Below are positions 1-9,498 of a stretch of 24,000 nucleotides of DNA, one piece after another; the stretch's first letter is position 1, and each line of letters starts with the position of its first letter. The position numbers and the translations under genes were made by a program. The DNA comes from Actinomycetota bacterium. GTDB taxonomy: Bacteria > Actinomycetota > Acidimicrobiia > IMCC26256 > PALSA-610. The notes beneath the pieces are model-generated. The model was not told the origin of the DNA, did not search any database, and worked only from the letters and a program-made list of their open reading frames with translations. The DNA lies in contig JBEPUZ010000016.1 of the NCBI GenBank assembly GCA_041691275.1, positions 9,354 through 33,353 of the forward strand. The letters run 5' to 3'.

Positions 1-1
1 T

Positions 2-994
<993 letters not shown>

Positions 995-1032
995 CCGCTA
1001 CCGCTCCGAGTTCTCCTCCGGGCTCCAACACA

Positions 1033-1518
1033 TCATCCGGTGCTGACCGGGCTCGGCTGCAGTCCCGCGGCGCCGAGCCGCTGCGCCACGCCGGCGGGAA
1101 CCACGACCCGCCAGCCGGCGAGTTCGAGATCGGCGCGATCCATGCGGACCTCACCCCCGTCGGCGCCCTGGGCTCCGAAGTGCAGGATCCACGCTCGTCC
1201 TTGGTCGACGACGTCCTGCACGTCGGTCGTCCGGTTGGCGCGCACGGTCCCGAGCGTGAGCGAGCCGCCGTCCGCGCCGCTGGCGTTCACCTCGACGTCG
1301 TAGGCGGTGTTGTTCACGATCGTGACGCGCGCCACGGTCTTTGCGGGCGTGCCCGAGAGGTTGGAGACGACGAAGAGCGCGACGGCGGCAACGACGGCAA
1401 CCACCATCGGAAGTGGGCGCGCAGCTTCAGGTAGGTACTCCGGGAATCGGGTTCGACGGTCGCTCTCGTTGGCGCTGATCCAGGCATGACGAAGACTCCT
1501 CGTGAGGTCGCGCCGCAT
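1033..1518 (-). CDS. Hypothetical membrane-anchored or secreted protein
   Basis: 161-aa ORF with high GC3. It has one hydrophobic segment (MVVAVVAAVALFVVSNL) followed by a soluble domain, and I recognise no family motif. The start is uncertain: ATG at 1518, or the internal Met just before the hydrophobic segment. It is convergent with lepA. Confidence 0.55.
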   Translation of the reverse strand: MRRDLTRSLRHAWISANESDRRTRFPEYLPEAARPLPMVVAVVAAVALFVVSNLSGTPAKTVARVTIVNNTAYDVEVNASGADGGSLTLGTVRANRTTDVQDVVDQGRAWILHFGAQGADGGEVRMDRADLELAGWRVVVPAGVAQRLGAAGLQPSPVSTG

Positions 1519-1542
1519 GCGACGCCACCTCGGTGAGGACGT

Positions 1543-1893
1543 CTACGGGGCGATGATCGACGGACGGAGTCGCGCCGGTGGGCCTCGCGGCCGCACGGCC
1601 CGGCGGTCGAACCGCGCCCGGATCGACCGCTGGCGGCGGGCCGCTGTGATCGCCATCGCCAACAGCACGAGCAGCGCGGGCGCCGTTGCGAAGGCGAGCG
1701 GGTGCGGGGTGCGCAGGGTCCCGGTCGGGATCGCCGCCGCGAGTTGCGCGGCGACGACTATCGGCATCGACGCGAGGGAGGTGCTGTCGTTGCGCAGCGC
1801 CGACACTTCCGTGCGCGAGACGCGCGCGTCGAGGCCGGCGAAGAGACACAACGAGGTGATGCTCAGCACCACGAACAAGCGGCGCACGCCCAA
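1543..1893 (-). CDS. Hypothetical small integral membrane protein
   Basis: 116-aa ORF with a TTG start at 1893 and third codon positions almost all G/C. It has about three hydrophobic helices (LFVVLSITSLCLFAGL, MPIVVAAQLAAAIP, LAFATAPALLVLLAMAITAA). It lies in tandem with the 1033-1518 gene, 24 nt upstream of it. Confidence 0.45.
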   Translation of the reverse strand: MGVRRLFVVLSITSLCLFAGLDARVSRTEVSALRNDSTSLASMPIVVAAQLAAAIPTGTLRTPHPLAFATAPALLVLLAMAITAARRQRSIRARFDRRAVRPRGPPARLRPSIIAP

Positions 1894-2198
1894 AGGCTAG
1901 TGGAGTCGCGTTCGCTTCACGCCCGGGCGGGGCACCGAGTACGGCGCCGGGTCCGTCAGGCAGCGGTCACGATGTTGATGCAGACTGCACGACAACGCTC
2001 GTCTACGAACCCGGAGGCCGGAGTGGCACCCAATCTTGACGTCAGCAGCCCGCACAGTCCGGTCGTCGTCAAACACGCCGAAGCGCTTCTCGTCGACGTT
2101 CGTCATGATTGGTCAGAACCGTCAGGACGCGTTCCAACAGGAGAAGGCCGACCACGACTACTCCGGAGAGGAATCGCTCCTCAATGAGAACACGGACC

Positions 2199-3047
2199 TC
2201 ACCCGGATGATCCACCAGCTGACTCAACAGCTACACGATCGCCTCTGCTCGGACCTGCCCGCCGGCGCGTGACCAACGCGCGCACGCGCCGTTCGAATAG
2301 CAACGCGAGCGCGGCGACCAACACGCCGACGGCACCGTCGAGCCAGTAGTGGTTGCCGGTGACGACCACGACGACCATCGTCACCACCGGATGCGCGAGC
2401 GCGACCCACCGCCATCGCCGCGTCGAGGCGACGACGATGCTCACTCCGATGATCGCGGCCCAGGCGACATGCACGGACGGCATCGCCGACAGCTGCGCCG
2501 GCCCCGACTTCCCGAAGGCGGGATAGACCGTCTGGCCGAACAGCGCCGGCGTGTCGGCGATGTGCAATGCGGGAACAAGACGCGGCGGCGCAACCGGGAT
2601 GAGCTGGATCGCCAGGCACCACAACGTCGTGAGTGCGACCACATTGCGGATCGACGGGTAGCGGTCGCGGTGGCGGAAGTACAACCACACCAAGAAGATG
2701 CCCATCGACGGTATGTGCACCGTCGCGTAGAAGACGTTGCACGCCTGGATCAACGTGTCGCTCTTCAAGAAGAGGTGTTGCAGCCCGTGCTCGCTCGGGA
2801 GATGGAGCGCGCGCTCGAAGTCCCAGATGTGCTGCCCGGCGGCGATCGCATGGTTCACCTTCAGTACCGAGATCGTGCCGACGAAGCGCCACAGCGCGTA
2901 CAGCACGAGCACGATCGCAAGCTCGGTGGCGATCGGTCCGAAGCGCGCGATGGCACGCTTGTGTGACGCGCGGGCCGCGACGCCGGCGGTACCGACGACG
3001 GCGCCCGCCTCGACCGCCACGTTCCAAGGCACCCAGCCGAGGCTCAC
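2199..3047 (-). CDS. PAP2-superfamily membrane protein (PAP2_3 / sphingolipid-synthase-like lipid phosphotransferase fold)
   Basis: Multi-pass membrane protein with PAP2-type catalytic motifs (MPSVHVAWA and GNHYWLDG, i.e. S-x-H and H-x3-D). I place the start at GTG 3047 rather than ATG 3287. The upstream 80 codons are Arg-rich and overlap the preceding gene, whereas GTG 3047 overlaps that gene's stop as GTGA (3047-3044). Confidence 0.8.
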   Translation of the reverse strand: MSLGWVPWNVAVEAGAVVGTAGVAARASHKRAIARFGPIATELAIVLVLYALWRFVGTISVLKVNHAIAAGQHIWDFERALHLPSEHGLQHLFLKSDTLIQACNVFYATVHIPSMGIFLVWLYFRHRDRYPSIRNVVALTTLWCLAIQLIPVAPPRLVPALHIADTPALFGQTVYPAFGKSGPAQLSAMPSVHVAWAAIIGVSIVVASTRRWRWVALAHPVVTMVVVVVTGNHYWLDGAVGVLVAALALLFERRVRALVTRRRAGPSRGDRVAVESAGGSSG

Positions 3048-3493
3048 GCGCCCTTCTCCGCGAGTTCGTACGCGTGCGCCACATGGGTGCGCAACAGGTC
3101 GATCGCCCGCGCGAACGCGGTGTCGGCGACCCACGGGTCGAGCTCGACCCAGCCGGATCCGATCACGATGTCGCGCCCCGCGGCCGGGTGGAGCGCGCCC
3201 GCGGGCAGTTCGCTGCGCGCGGCGAACCACGCCGGTCCGGCGGCCGCGGCAATGGTTCGGCCACCGGGGTGATGTACGACCGGGCACCCACCGACGAAGA
3301 CGCGCCGGGTCGGGCCGAGGGGGCGGGTGATCTCGGCGAGGCGGGCGACGAGCTTCGGGTCACATTCCAGCGCCGCTCGCCGCGGCTCCGGATCCCAGCC
3401 GCGACCGGGCTCGTGGTCGGCGCGCAGCCAGGCGAGCAACTCGGGCCCGGGCCCGGTCGCAACACTTGGTTGGCCCCCTGGCTCAGGGTTCAC
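3044..3493 (-). CDS. Hypothetical protein, translationally coupled between the acyl-CoA dehydrogenase and PAP2 genes
   Basis: 149-aa ORF with high GC3. Its start overlaps the end of the upstream ACAD gene by 11 nt, and its stop overlaps the PAP2 start (GTGA). I recognise no domain. Confidence 0.6.
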   Translation of the reverse strand: MNPEPGGQPSVATGPGPELLAWLRADHEPGRGWDPEPRRAALECDPKLVARLAEITRPLGPTRRVFVGGCPVVHHPGGRTIAAAAGPAWFAARSELPAGALHPAAGRDIVIGSGWVELDPWVADTAFARAIDLLRTHVAHAYELAEKGA

Positions 3494-4610
3494 GCGGGAG
3501 GCCCAGGACCTTCTCTCCGAGAATGTTGCGCTGGACCTCGCTCGTTCCGCCGCCGATCGTCAGGGCGCGGGCGTAGAGGTATCCGTACTGCCAGCCCGTT
3601 CGGTCGGGCTCGCCGTAGGGGCCGCGGTCGGAGCACAGTCCGTACGTTCCCGCGAGCGCCATCGCCATTTCCATGATGTGCTGGCCGTGCTCGTCCGAGA
3701 TCGCCTTGCGCACCGATGCTTCGGGTCCCGGTTCGAGCCCGCGTACGCGAGCGGAGACGGTGCGCAACCGGATGAGGCGCAGCACCTCGGCTTCGATGAA
3801 GAGGTGCGCGAGGCGCTGGCGCAGCAGCGGGTCCTGCGCGCCACCGTGGTCGCGCACGAGTTGCAGCACGTCGTTCGCGGTCGGGCCCCGGCCCCAGAGC
3901 GCGCCTTCGCCCGACAACGACACCCGCTCGTTGCCGAGCGTCACCTTGGCCAGGCGCCAGCCGTCGTGTTCCTCGCCGACGATGTTCGCGGCCGGGATCC
4001 GTACGTCGGTGAAGTACACCTCGTTGAACTCGTGGGTGCCCGTCATCTGCACGATCGGTCGCACTTCGATGCCCGGCGTCCGCATGTCGACGACGAAGTA
4101 CGTGATGCCGTGGTGCGCCTCGGCTTCCGGGTCGGTCCGGGCGAGGAGGATGCCGAAGCGGGCGACGTGTGCGAGGGTGGTCCAGATCTTCTGGCCGTTG
4201 ACGACGTACTCGTCGCCGTCTCGGGTCGCCCGGGTCGTGAGCGACGACAGGTCGCTGCCCGCGTCGGGTTCGCTGAACAGCTGGCACCAGAGCTCCGAGC
4301 CGTCGAGGATCCCGGGGAGCCAACGCTGCTTTTGCTCGTCGGTACCGGCGACCAACAAGGTCGGGCCGGCCCACCCGATCCCGATCGGGTTCATCGGCCG
4401 GGGGACGCCCAGCTCACGGCTGACCTCGTCCAGTTCGAGCTGGTCGGCGGCACTCGCCGCCAGTCCCCACGGCTCGGGCCAGTGCGGGGTGACGAACCCG
4501 GCTCGGGCCAAACGGGAGTTCCAATCGGGCGGGAACACGCCCCCGGGTGCGTGCTCCGCGACGAGGGCTTGTAACCCCTCCGCGGGCGAATACGTGTTCG
4601 GACCGGCCAC
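3483..4610 (-). CDS. Acyl-CoA dehydrogenase family protein (FadE-like)
   Basis: 375 aa with a GTG start at 4610. ACAD hallmarks are present: WCQLFSEPDAGSDLSSL, YVVNGQKIWTT, and the C-terminal ALTIGGGTSEVQRNILGEKVLGLPREP. Confidence 0.9.
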   Translation of the reverse strand: MAGPNTYSPAEGLQALVAEHAPGGVFPPDWNSRLARAGFVTPHWPEPWGLAASAADQLELDEVSRELGVPRPMNPIGIGWAGPTLLVAGTDEQKQRWLPGILDGSELWCQLFSEPDAGSDLSSLTTRATRDGDEYVVNGQKIWTTLAHVARFGILLARTDPEAEAHHGITYFVVDMRTPGIEVRPIVQMTGTHEFNEVYFTDVRIPAANIVGEEHDGWRLAKVTLGNERVSLSGEGALWGRGPTANDVLQLVRDHGGAQDPLLRQRLAHLFIEAEVLRLIRLRTVSARVRGLEPGPEASVRKAISDEHGQHIMEMAMALAGTYGLCSDRGPYGEPDRTGWQYGYLYARALTIGGGTSEVQRNILGEKVLGLPREP

Positions 4611-4661
4611 GAGCGCGAACCTATTTCAATCCAGACTCCCGAACGGCCCCGAAGACCTCGT

Positions 4662-5252
4662 GTGAAACGGGAAGCCACGATGTCGGACGCGCAACGGCGC
4701 GCGTCCACAGACGGGGAGCTCGCGCTGGTGGTCGCCGCCGGAGATCGGCTCGCGCTGGGCGAGCTCTACTCCCGCCATTCGGGCCCGTGCTTCGGGCTCG
4801 CCCGCCGGGTCCTGGCGGATCGTGTGCTCGCCGAGGAGGTCGTGCAGGAAGTATTCCTGCGGCTGTGGCGTTTTCCCGAGCGATTCGACGCGAGTCGAGG
4901 TTCCATGCGTTCCTACCTGTTTGCCCAGGTGCACGGTCGGTCCGTCGATCTGCTGCGCGCAGAGACGGCGAGGCGGGCGCGCGAGCAACGGGAGGCGTTC
5001 CGCAGCCCGACGATCGACGACGATCTCGAGCGCGCAGTCGCGGAGCTGAGCGAGGGCGAGACGGTGCGCCGTGCGCTCGCCGATCTCTCCGAAGGTGAGC
5101 GCGGCGCGATCGAGCTCGCGTACTTCGGCGGTCACACATATCGAGAGGTCGCGCAGCTGCTCGAGCTGCCGGAAGGCACAGTGAAGAGCCGGATCCGATC
5201 CGGACTCTTGCGGCTGCGCGCCGCGCTCATCGAGGCGGGGGTCAACGAATGA
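4662..5252 (+). CDS. sigK: ECF (sigma-70 family group 4) RNA polymerase sigma factor, SigK-like
   Basis: Region 2 (VVQEVFLRLWRFPERFD) and region 4 (LSEGERGAIELAYFGGHTYREVAQLLELPEGTVKSRIRSGL) are present. Its stop overlaps the start of an RskA-type anti-sigma gene (ATGA at 5249-5252). An alternative start is ATG 4680. Confidence 0.9.
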   Translation: MKREATMSDAQRRASTDGELALVVAAGDRLALGELYSRHSGPCFGLARRVLADRVLAEEVVQEVFLRLWRFPERFDASRGSMRSYLFAQVHGRSVDLLRAETARRAREQREAFRSPTIDDDLERAVAELSEGETVRRALADLSEGERGAIELAYFGGHTYREVAQLLELPEGTVKSRIRSGLLRLRAALIEAGVNE

Positions 5253-6019
5253 ACACGGCGACCCCGAACGACCCGGAGCTCGACGCGCTCCTCGGCGCGT
5301 ACGCGCTCGACGCGCTCGACGACGACGAACGAGTCCGTGTCGAGGCCTACGTCGAGCAGAACCCGAGCGCGCGCGCGGAGGTCGTCGAGCTCCTCGAGAG
5401 CGCGGCCGCGCTCGCGCTCGCGCCCGTCGACGACGTGACTGCGCCGGCCGGGCTCTGGGAGCGCATCTCGGAGACGATCGACGGCGAAGAGGAACACGAC
5501 CTCGTGGTGGCGAACGACGAGCTCGCCGCCCGGCGTGCGTCCCGAACGCCTCGGCGGGTGCGGTGGATGTCGCTCGTCGCCGCGGCCGCGATCGTCGTAG
5601 CTGCCGCGCTCGTTGCGCAGGTGGTCTCGGTGCACAATCGCACCAAGGTCGGTACCGGGGAGAAGGAAGCGTCGGCGGCGTTCCAGCGGGCGGTGCACGA
5701 GAAGGGTGCCCGCACGGTCGCCCTCACCCCGTTGCACGGTGGGGAAGTCGCGCGGGTTGTGCTGTTGCCCGACGGCAGCGGCTACCTGAAGAGCGACGGG
5801 CTGGCCCGGCTCGACGCGGACCACACCTATCAACTGTGGGCGGTGACCGGACCCGAGTCGGATCCGGTCGTGATCTCCGCCGGTGTGCTCGGCTCCAATC
5901 CGGAAGCGGCCGCCTTCCGTGCGACCGGCACCGTTCAGGGCTTCGCGATCACGGTCGAGCGAACGCCCGGCGTTGCCCAGTCGACGCAGCCGCCGTACGC
6001 CAGCGCGACCCTGTCGTGA
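5249..6019 (+). CDS. rskA: Anti-sigma-K factor RskA (single-pass membrane anti-sigma)
   Basis: The architecture is an N-terminal anti-sigma helix (LLGAYALDALDDDERVRVEAYV), one TM helix (WMSLVAAAAIVVAAALVAQVV) and an extracytoplasmic RskA-type domain (YQLWAV...FAITVERTPGV). It is coupled to the sigma gene. Confidence 0.85.
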   Translation: MNTATPNDPELDALLGAYALDALDDDERVRVEAYVEQNPSARAEVVELLESAAALALAPVDDVTAPAGLWERISETIDGEEEHDLVVANDELAARRASRTPRRVRWMSLVAAAAIVVAAALVAQVVSVHNRTKVGTGEKEASAAFQRAVHEKGARTVALTPLHGGEVARVVLLPDGSGYLKSDGLARLDADHTYQLWAVTGPESDPVVISAGVLGSNPEAAAFRATGTVQGFAITVERTPGVAQSTQPPYASATLS

Positions 6020-6052
6020 CCTGAGGTAGAACCCGGCGCGCGACGATGGGTC

Positions 6053-7255
6053 GTGACCTCGGGTACCGGCTTCGGTGTGCCATTCGGTGTATACGTCCAC
6101 ATCCCGTTCTGTGCGTCGCGGTGCGACTACTGCGACTTCGCGACCTGGACGGATCGCGACCACCTCATCGACGACTACGTCGCGGCCTGCGTCACCGACC
6201 TCGACCGACGGCGGGACAGGGTGCCTGGGGCGACGAGCGTGTTCTTCGGCGGGGGTACTCCGTCGCTCATCGCGGGCGGGCAGCTCGCGCGCATTCTCGA
6301 CGCGATCGAGCGCACGCCCGATGCCGAGGTCACCGTCGAATGCAATCCCGACAGCGTCGACGCCGCGAAGTTCGCCACGTACCGCGCCGCCGGAGTGAAT
6401 CGCCTGAGCTTCGGGGTGCAGTCGATGGTGCCGCATGTGCTCGCCGCGCTCGGGCGCACGCACGACCCGGCCAACGTCGAACGGGCGGTCACGCTCGCGC
6501 GTGACGCCGGGTTCGAGCGCATCAGTGTCGATCTGATCTACGGAACGCCCGGTGAGTCGACGGCGGACTGGCAGCGGTCGCTCGACGACGCGCTCGCGCT
6601 CGGTGTCGACCATGTCAGTGCGTACGCGCTCACGGTCGAACCCGCGACTGCGCTGGGCCGGCAGGTCGCGGCGGGCGCGCCCGCGCCCGACGACGACGTG
6701 CAGGCCGATGCATACGGGCTCGCCGACGCGACCTTCGCCGACGCCGGGCTCGAGTGGTACGAAATCTCGAACTGGGCCCGGCCCGACCAGGAGTGCCGGC
6801 ACAACGAGCTCTACTGGACCGGCGGCGAGTACCTCGCGATCGGATGCGCCGCGCACGGCTACACGGGCGGCGAACGTTGGTGGAACGTCCGCACCCCCGA
6901 GCGCTACATCGCGGCGGTCGAATCCGGCGCGTCCGCGGTCGGGGGTTCGGAGCGCCTCGACCCCAAGGCCCGGGCCGAGGAGTCGTTCGCGCTGTTCCTC
7001 CGGCTCCGGCGGGGTGCGCGCTTCGACCCGGCGGCCGCGGGTCTCGTCGATGATCTCGCCGAACAGGGTCTCCTCACCCGGCCCGCGTCGACGGCGGGCG
7101 ATCGGATCGTCCTCACCCGGCGGGGCCGGCTGCTCGCGTCCGACCTCACAGCCCGCCTGCTCGTCGCGGCCGCGGCCCCGCCGCTCGAGGAGGAGACGGC
7201 CCCGCCGCTCGGGCCCTCGGGGTCGCGGGCCGTGGCTGGCACTCGGTACCATTGA
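6053..7255 (+). CDS. hemW: Radical SAM heme chaperone HemW (HemN-like, oxygen-independent coproporphyrinogen-III oxidase family)
   Basis: Radical-SAM cluster motif HIPFCASRCDYCDF (CxxxCxxC) with the HemN/HemW fold motifs that follow (GGGTPS, NRLSFGVQS). It occupies the classical position upstream of hrcA. GTG start at 6053. Confidence 0.9.
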   Translation: MTSGTGFGVPFGVYVHIPFCASRCDYCDFATWTDRDHLIDDYVAACVTDLDRRRDRVPGATSVFFGGGTPSLIAGGQLARILDAIERTPDAEVTVECNPDSVDAAKFATYRAAGVNRLSFGVQSMVPHVLAALGRTHDPANVERAVTLARDAGFERISVDLIYGTPGESTADWQRSLDDALALGVDHVSAYALTVEPATALGRQVAAGAPAPDDDVQADAYGLADATFADAGLEWYEISNWARPDQECRHNELYWTGGEYLAIGCAAHGYTGGERWWNVRTPERYIAAVESGASAVGGSERLDPKARAEESFALFLRLRRGARFDPAAAGLVDDLAEQGLLTRPASTAGDRIVLTRRGRLLASDLTARLLVAAAAPPLEEETAPPLGPSGSRAVAGTRYH

Positions 7256-7262
7256 GTGCCAA
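7236..7262. promoter_or_regulatory. CIRCE operator (HrcA binding site) upstream of hrcA
   Basis: The sequence is CTGGCACTC-N9-GAGTGCCAA. Against the consensus TTAGCACTC-N9-GAGTGCTAA this matches 7/9 and 8/9, and the two arms are complementary at 8/9. It ends 20 nt before the hrcA ATG and overlaps the hemW stop codon (7253-7255). Confidence 0.75.
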
Positions 7263-7281
7263 CGGCGGCGAGGGGTAGCGG

Positions 7282-8322
7282 ATGACCGAGCTCGACGAAC
7301 GCAAAGCGGCGGTGCTGCGCGCGATCGTCGAGCAGTATGTCGACACGGCCCAGCCCGTGGGCTCGCAGACGGTCACGAGCACGACCGGCCTCGGGGTCTC
7401 CGCGGCCACCGTCCGCAACGAGATGTCACTGCTCGAGCGCGAGGGCTACATCGCCCAGCCCCATCCCTCCGCGGGCCGGGTGCCGACCGACCGGGGATAC
7501 CGCTATTACGTCGACCATCTCGCAGGCGCGGGACAGCTCCCCGCAGTCGAGCGGCGCAAGATCGTGGAGTTCTTCAGCACCGCGACGCTCGCGATGGACC
7601 AGCTCCTGGCCCGCACGAGCCAGCTGCTCGCCGGCGTCACCTCGCACGCGGCGGTCGTCGTCGGACCCGAAGCGCAGGCGGTCGTGGTGCGGGCCGCCAA
7701 TCTCGTCCTGCTGCAGCCGCGAGTGGTGCTCGCAGTCGTCGTGCTGTCGAACGGTTCCGTCGAGAAGGACGTCGTAGTCTTCGACGCGGATCTCGTCGAC
7801 GTCGACGTGGCCGATGCCAGCGCCCGCTTCGCCGGCCAGCTCGCGGGACGGCGCCTCTCCGACGTCGCGCAGGACCCCGCGGCCGCGGCCCGGGAATCTG
7901 ACGACCGGTCGCCGCGCGACGCGGTCGCCGACATCGTCGAGGCGTCGCGCCTCGCGCTGCGGACCCGTCTCGCCGAACGTCAGAGCGAGCCGCTCTACGT
8001 CGGCGGCGCGAGCCGGCTCGCGGCCGAGCACGACGCCTTCCTGACGACGAACACGGCACGCCTGTTCGAGCTGCTGGAGCAGCACGTCGTGCTCGCGTCG
8101 CTGATGCGCGAGCTCCTCGGGCCCGGGCTTACCGTCAGCATCGGTTCGGAGAACACGAGTCTCGACCTGCACGAGTGCTCGCTGGTACTCGCGCCCTTCC
8201 TCGTCGAAGGGGAGCACGCGGGAACCGTCGGGGTGCTGGGGCCGACCCGCATGGACTACCGCAAGGCCCAGGCCGCCGTATCGGCCGTGTCCCAGCAGCT
8301 CGGGCGCCAGCTCTCGCGCTGA
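7282..8322 (+). CDS. hrcA: Heat-inducible transcription repressor HrcA
   Basis: The N-terminal winged helix is typical (LDERKAAVLRAIVEQYVDTAQPVGSQTV...SAATVRNEMSLLEREGYIAQPHPSAGRVPTDRGYRYYVD). An SD-like GAGGGG lies 7 nt upstream and a CIRCE element is upstream. Confidence 0.95.
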   Translation: MTELDERKAAVLRAIVEQYVDTAQPVGSQTVTSTTGLGVSAATVRNEMSLLEREGYIAQPHPSAGRVPTDRGYRYYVDHLAGAGQLPAVERRKIVEFFSTATLAMDQLLARTSQLLAGVTSHAAVVVGPEAQAVVVRAANLVLLQPRVVLAVVVLSNGSVEKDVVVFDADLVDVDVADASARFAGQLAGRRLSDVAQDPAAAARESDDRSPRDAVADIVEASRLALRTRLAERQSEPLYVGGASRLAAEHDAFLTTNTARLFELLEQHVVLASLMRELLGPGLTVSIGSENTSLDLHECSLVLAPFLVEGEHAGTVGVLGPTRMDYRKAQAAVSAVSQQLGRQLSR

Positions 8323-8357
8323 AGTGCAGCTGCTGGCCCGGAAATGATGAGCAACAG

Positions 8358-9485
8358 ATGAGCGACCGCAACTACTACGAGGTCCTGGGCGTCGAGCCCA
8401 GCGCGACTGACGACGAGATCAAGAAGGCCTTCCGCGGGTTGGCGCGCACCTACCACCCCGACGTGAACCCCGACCCCGCCGCGATCGATCGGTTCAAGGA
8501 GATCAATCAGGCGTACGAGACGCTGTGCGATCCCGAGCGCCGGCGCCGCTACGACCAGTTCGGTCCCGAGGGTGCGAACGCGGGCGGCTTCGGTGGCGGC
8601 AGTCCGTTCGACGCGGGCGCCTTCGGGCTCAACGACCTCTTCGACGCATTCTTCGGCGGCGGCAGCAGCAGCAGCGGCGGACGCGGCGGCGGCCCCGCGC
8701 GTGGGCACGACGCGGAGACCGTCCTCGACCTGACCCTGGAAGACGTCGTCCACGGCGCCCGCAAGAATCTCGACCTGCAGATGCCCGTCGAGTGCACGAC
8801 CTGCGCGGGGAGTGGCTGCGCGCCCGGCACCCATCCCGATCGTTGCCCCACCTGCGAGGGGAGTGGCGAGGTCCGCCAGGTGCGACGCTCGCTTCTGGGC
8901 CAGATCGTGACCGCCGGGCCGTGCACTGCGTGCGGCGCGACGGGACAGATCGTGCCGAACCCGTGCGAGACCTGCGCCGGCAGCGGCCGCGTGAACGGCA
9001 AGACCTCGATCGACGTCGACGTCCCCCGGGGCATCGAAGACGGTCAGCAGCTGCGGCTCTCGGGTCGCGGGCCCGCCGCTCCGCGCGGCGGACCGGCTGG
9101 CGATCTCTACGTCTCCGTGCGCGTCGCGCGTCATCCCGACCTCGAACGGCGGGGGGACGAGCTCTGGTACAAGCTCCCGATCTCGATCGTGCAGGCCGCG
9201 CTCGGAACCCAGGTCGAGATCGAGACGCTCGACGGCGCGCGCGAGATCGACGTCGCTGCCGGGACGCAGCCCGGCGCGATCCATCGCCTGCGCGGGCTCG
9301 GGGTTCCGTCGTTGCGCACGTCGCGCCGGGGTGATCTCGTTGTGGAGATCCGCGTCGACGTACCGATGCGCCTGAACGACGACGAGACCGAGCTACTCGC
9401 GAAGTTCGCAGAGCTGCGCGGCGAGAAGGTGAGCTCGGTGCACGAGGGACTGCTCGGTCGCATCCGGTCTGTGTTCAAGTCGTGA
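8358..9485 (+). CDS. dnaJ: Molecular chaperone DnaJ
   Basis: J-domain (YYEVLGVEPSATDDEIKKAFRGLARTYHPDVNPD), a G/F-rich linker and four CxxCxGxG zinc-finger repeats. I place the start at ATG 8358 (MSDRNYY) rather than the ORF-track start at 8175, which lies inside hrcA. Confidence 0.95.
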   Translation: MSDRNYYEVLGVEPSATDDEIKKAFRGLARTYHPDVNPDPAAIDRFKEINQAYETLCDPERRRRYDQFGPEGANAGGFGGGSPFDAGAFGLNDLFDAFFGGGSSSSGGRGGGPARGHDAETVLDLTLEDVVHGARKNLDLQMPVECTTCAGSGCAPGTHPDRCPTCEGSGEVRQVRRSLLGQIVTAGPCTACGATGQIVPNPCETCAGSGRVNGKTSIDVDVPRGIEDGQQLRLSGRGPAAPRGGPAGDLYVSVRVARHPDLERRGDELWYKLPISIVQAALGTQVEIETLDGAREIDVAAGTQPGAIHRLRGLGVPSLRTSRRGDLVVEIRVDVPMRLNDDETELLAKFAELRGEKVSSVHEGLLGRIRSVFKS

Positions 9486-9498
9486 GTCCGCCCCGAGC

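Noticed and set aside
4611-4680. An ECF-type autoregulatory promoter upstream of sigK (GAAC-containing segments CCCGAACGG and GTGAAAC).
   Set aside because: I cannot recall a reliable SigK promoter consensus, and the GAAC matches are too short to distinguish from chance. It is left as something to test under the lepA-hemW insert finding.
5132-7252. A 706-aa ORF on the minus strand spanning rskA and hemW. Similar long antisense ORFs lie at 10983-12248, 13413-14846, 16064-17041, 17105-18232 and 17872-18855 on the minus strand, and at 2633-3676 and 3327-4574 on the plus strand.
   Set aside because: All lie antisense to genes with unambiguous family motifs (radical SAM, PhoH, Era, CtaD/CtaE, ACAD). 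Their translations are Arg/Pro/Gly/Asp-rich low-complexity sequence. Long stop-free antisense frames are expected in high-GC DNA.
8175-8357. The longer N-terminal extensions offered by the ORF track: dnaJ from 8175, phoH from 10866, the CBS protein from 12421, ctaC from 14937, ctaD from 16169, ctaE from 18070, the cupredoxin from 19987 and PAP2 from 3287.
   Set aside because: Each extension overlaps the preceding gene or is Arg-rich sequence without homology. Internal starts give canonical N-termini and typical ATGA/GTGA/TGATG coupling or an SD sequence.
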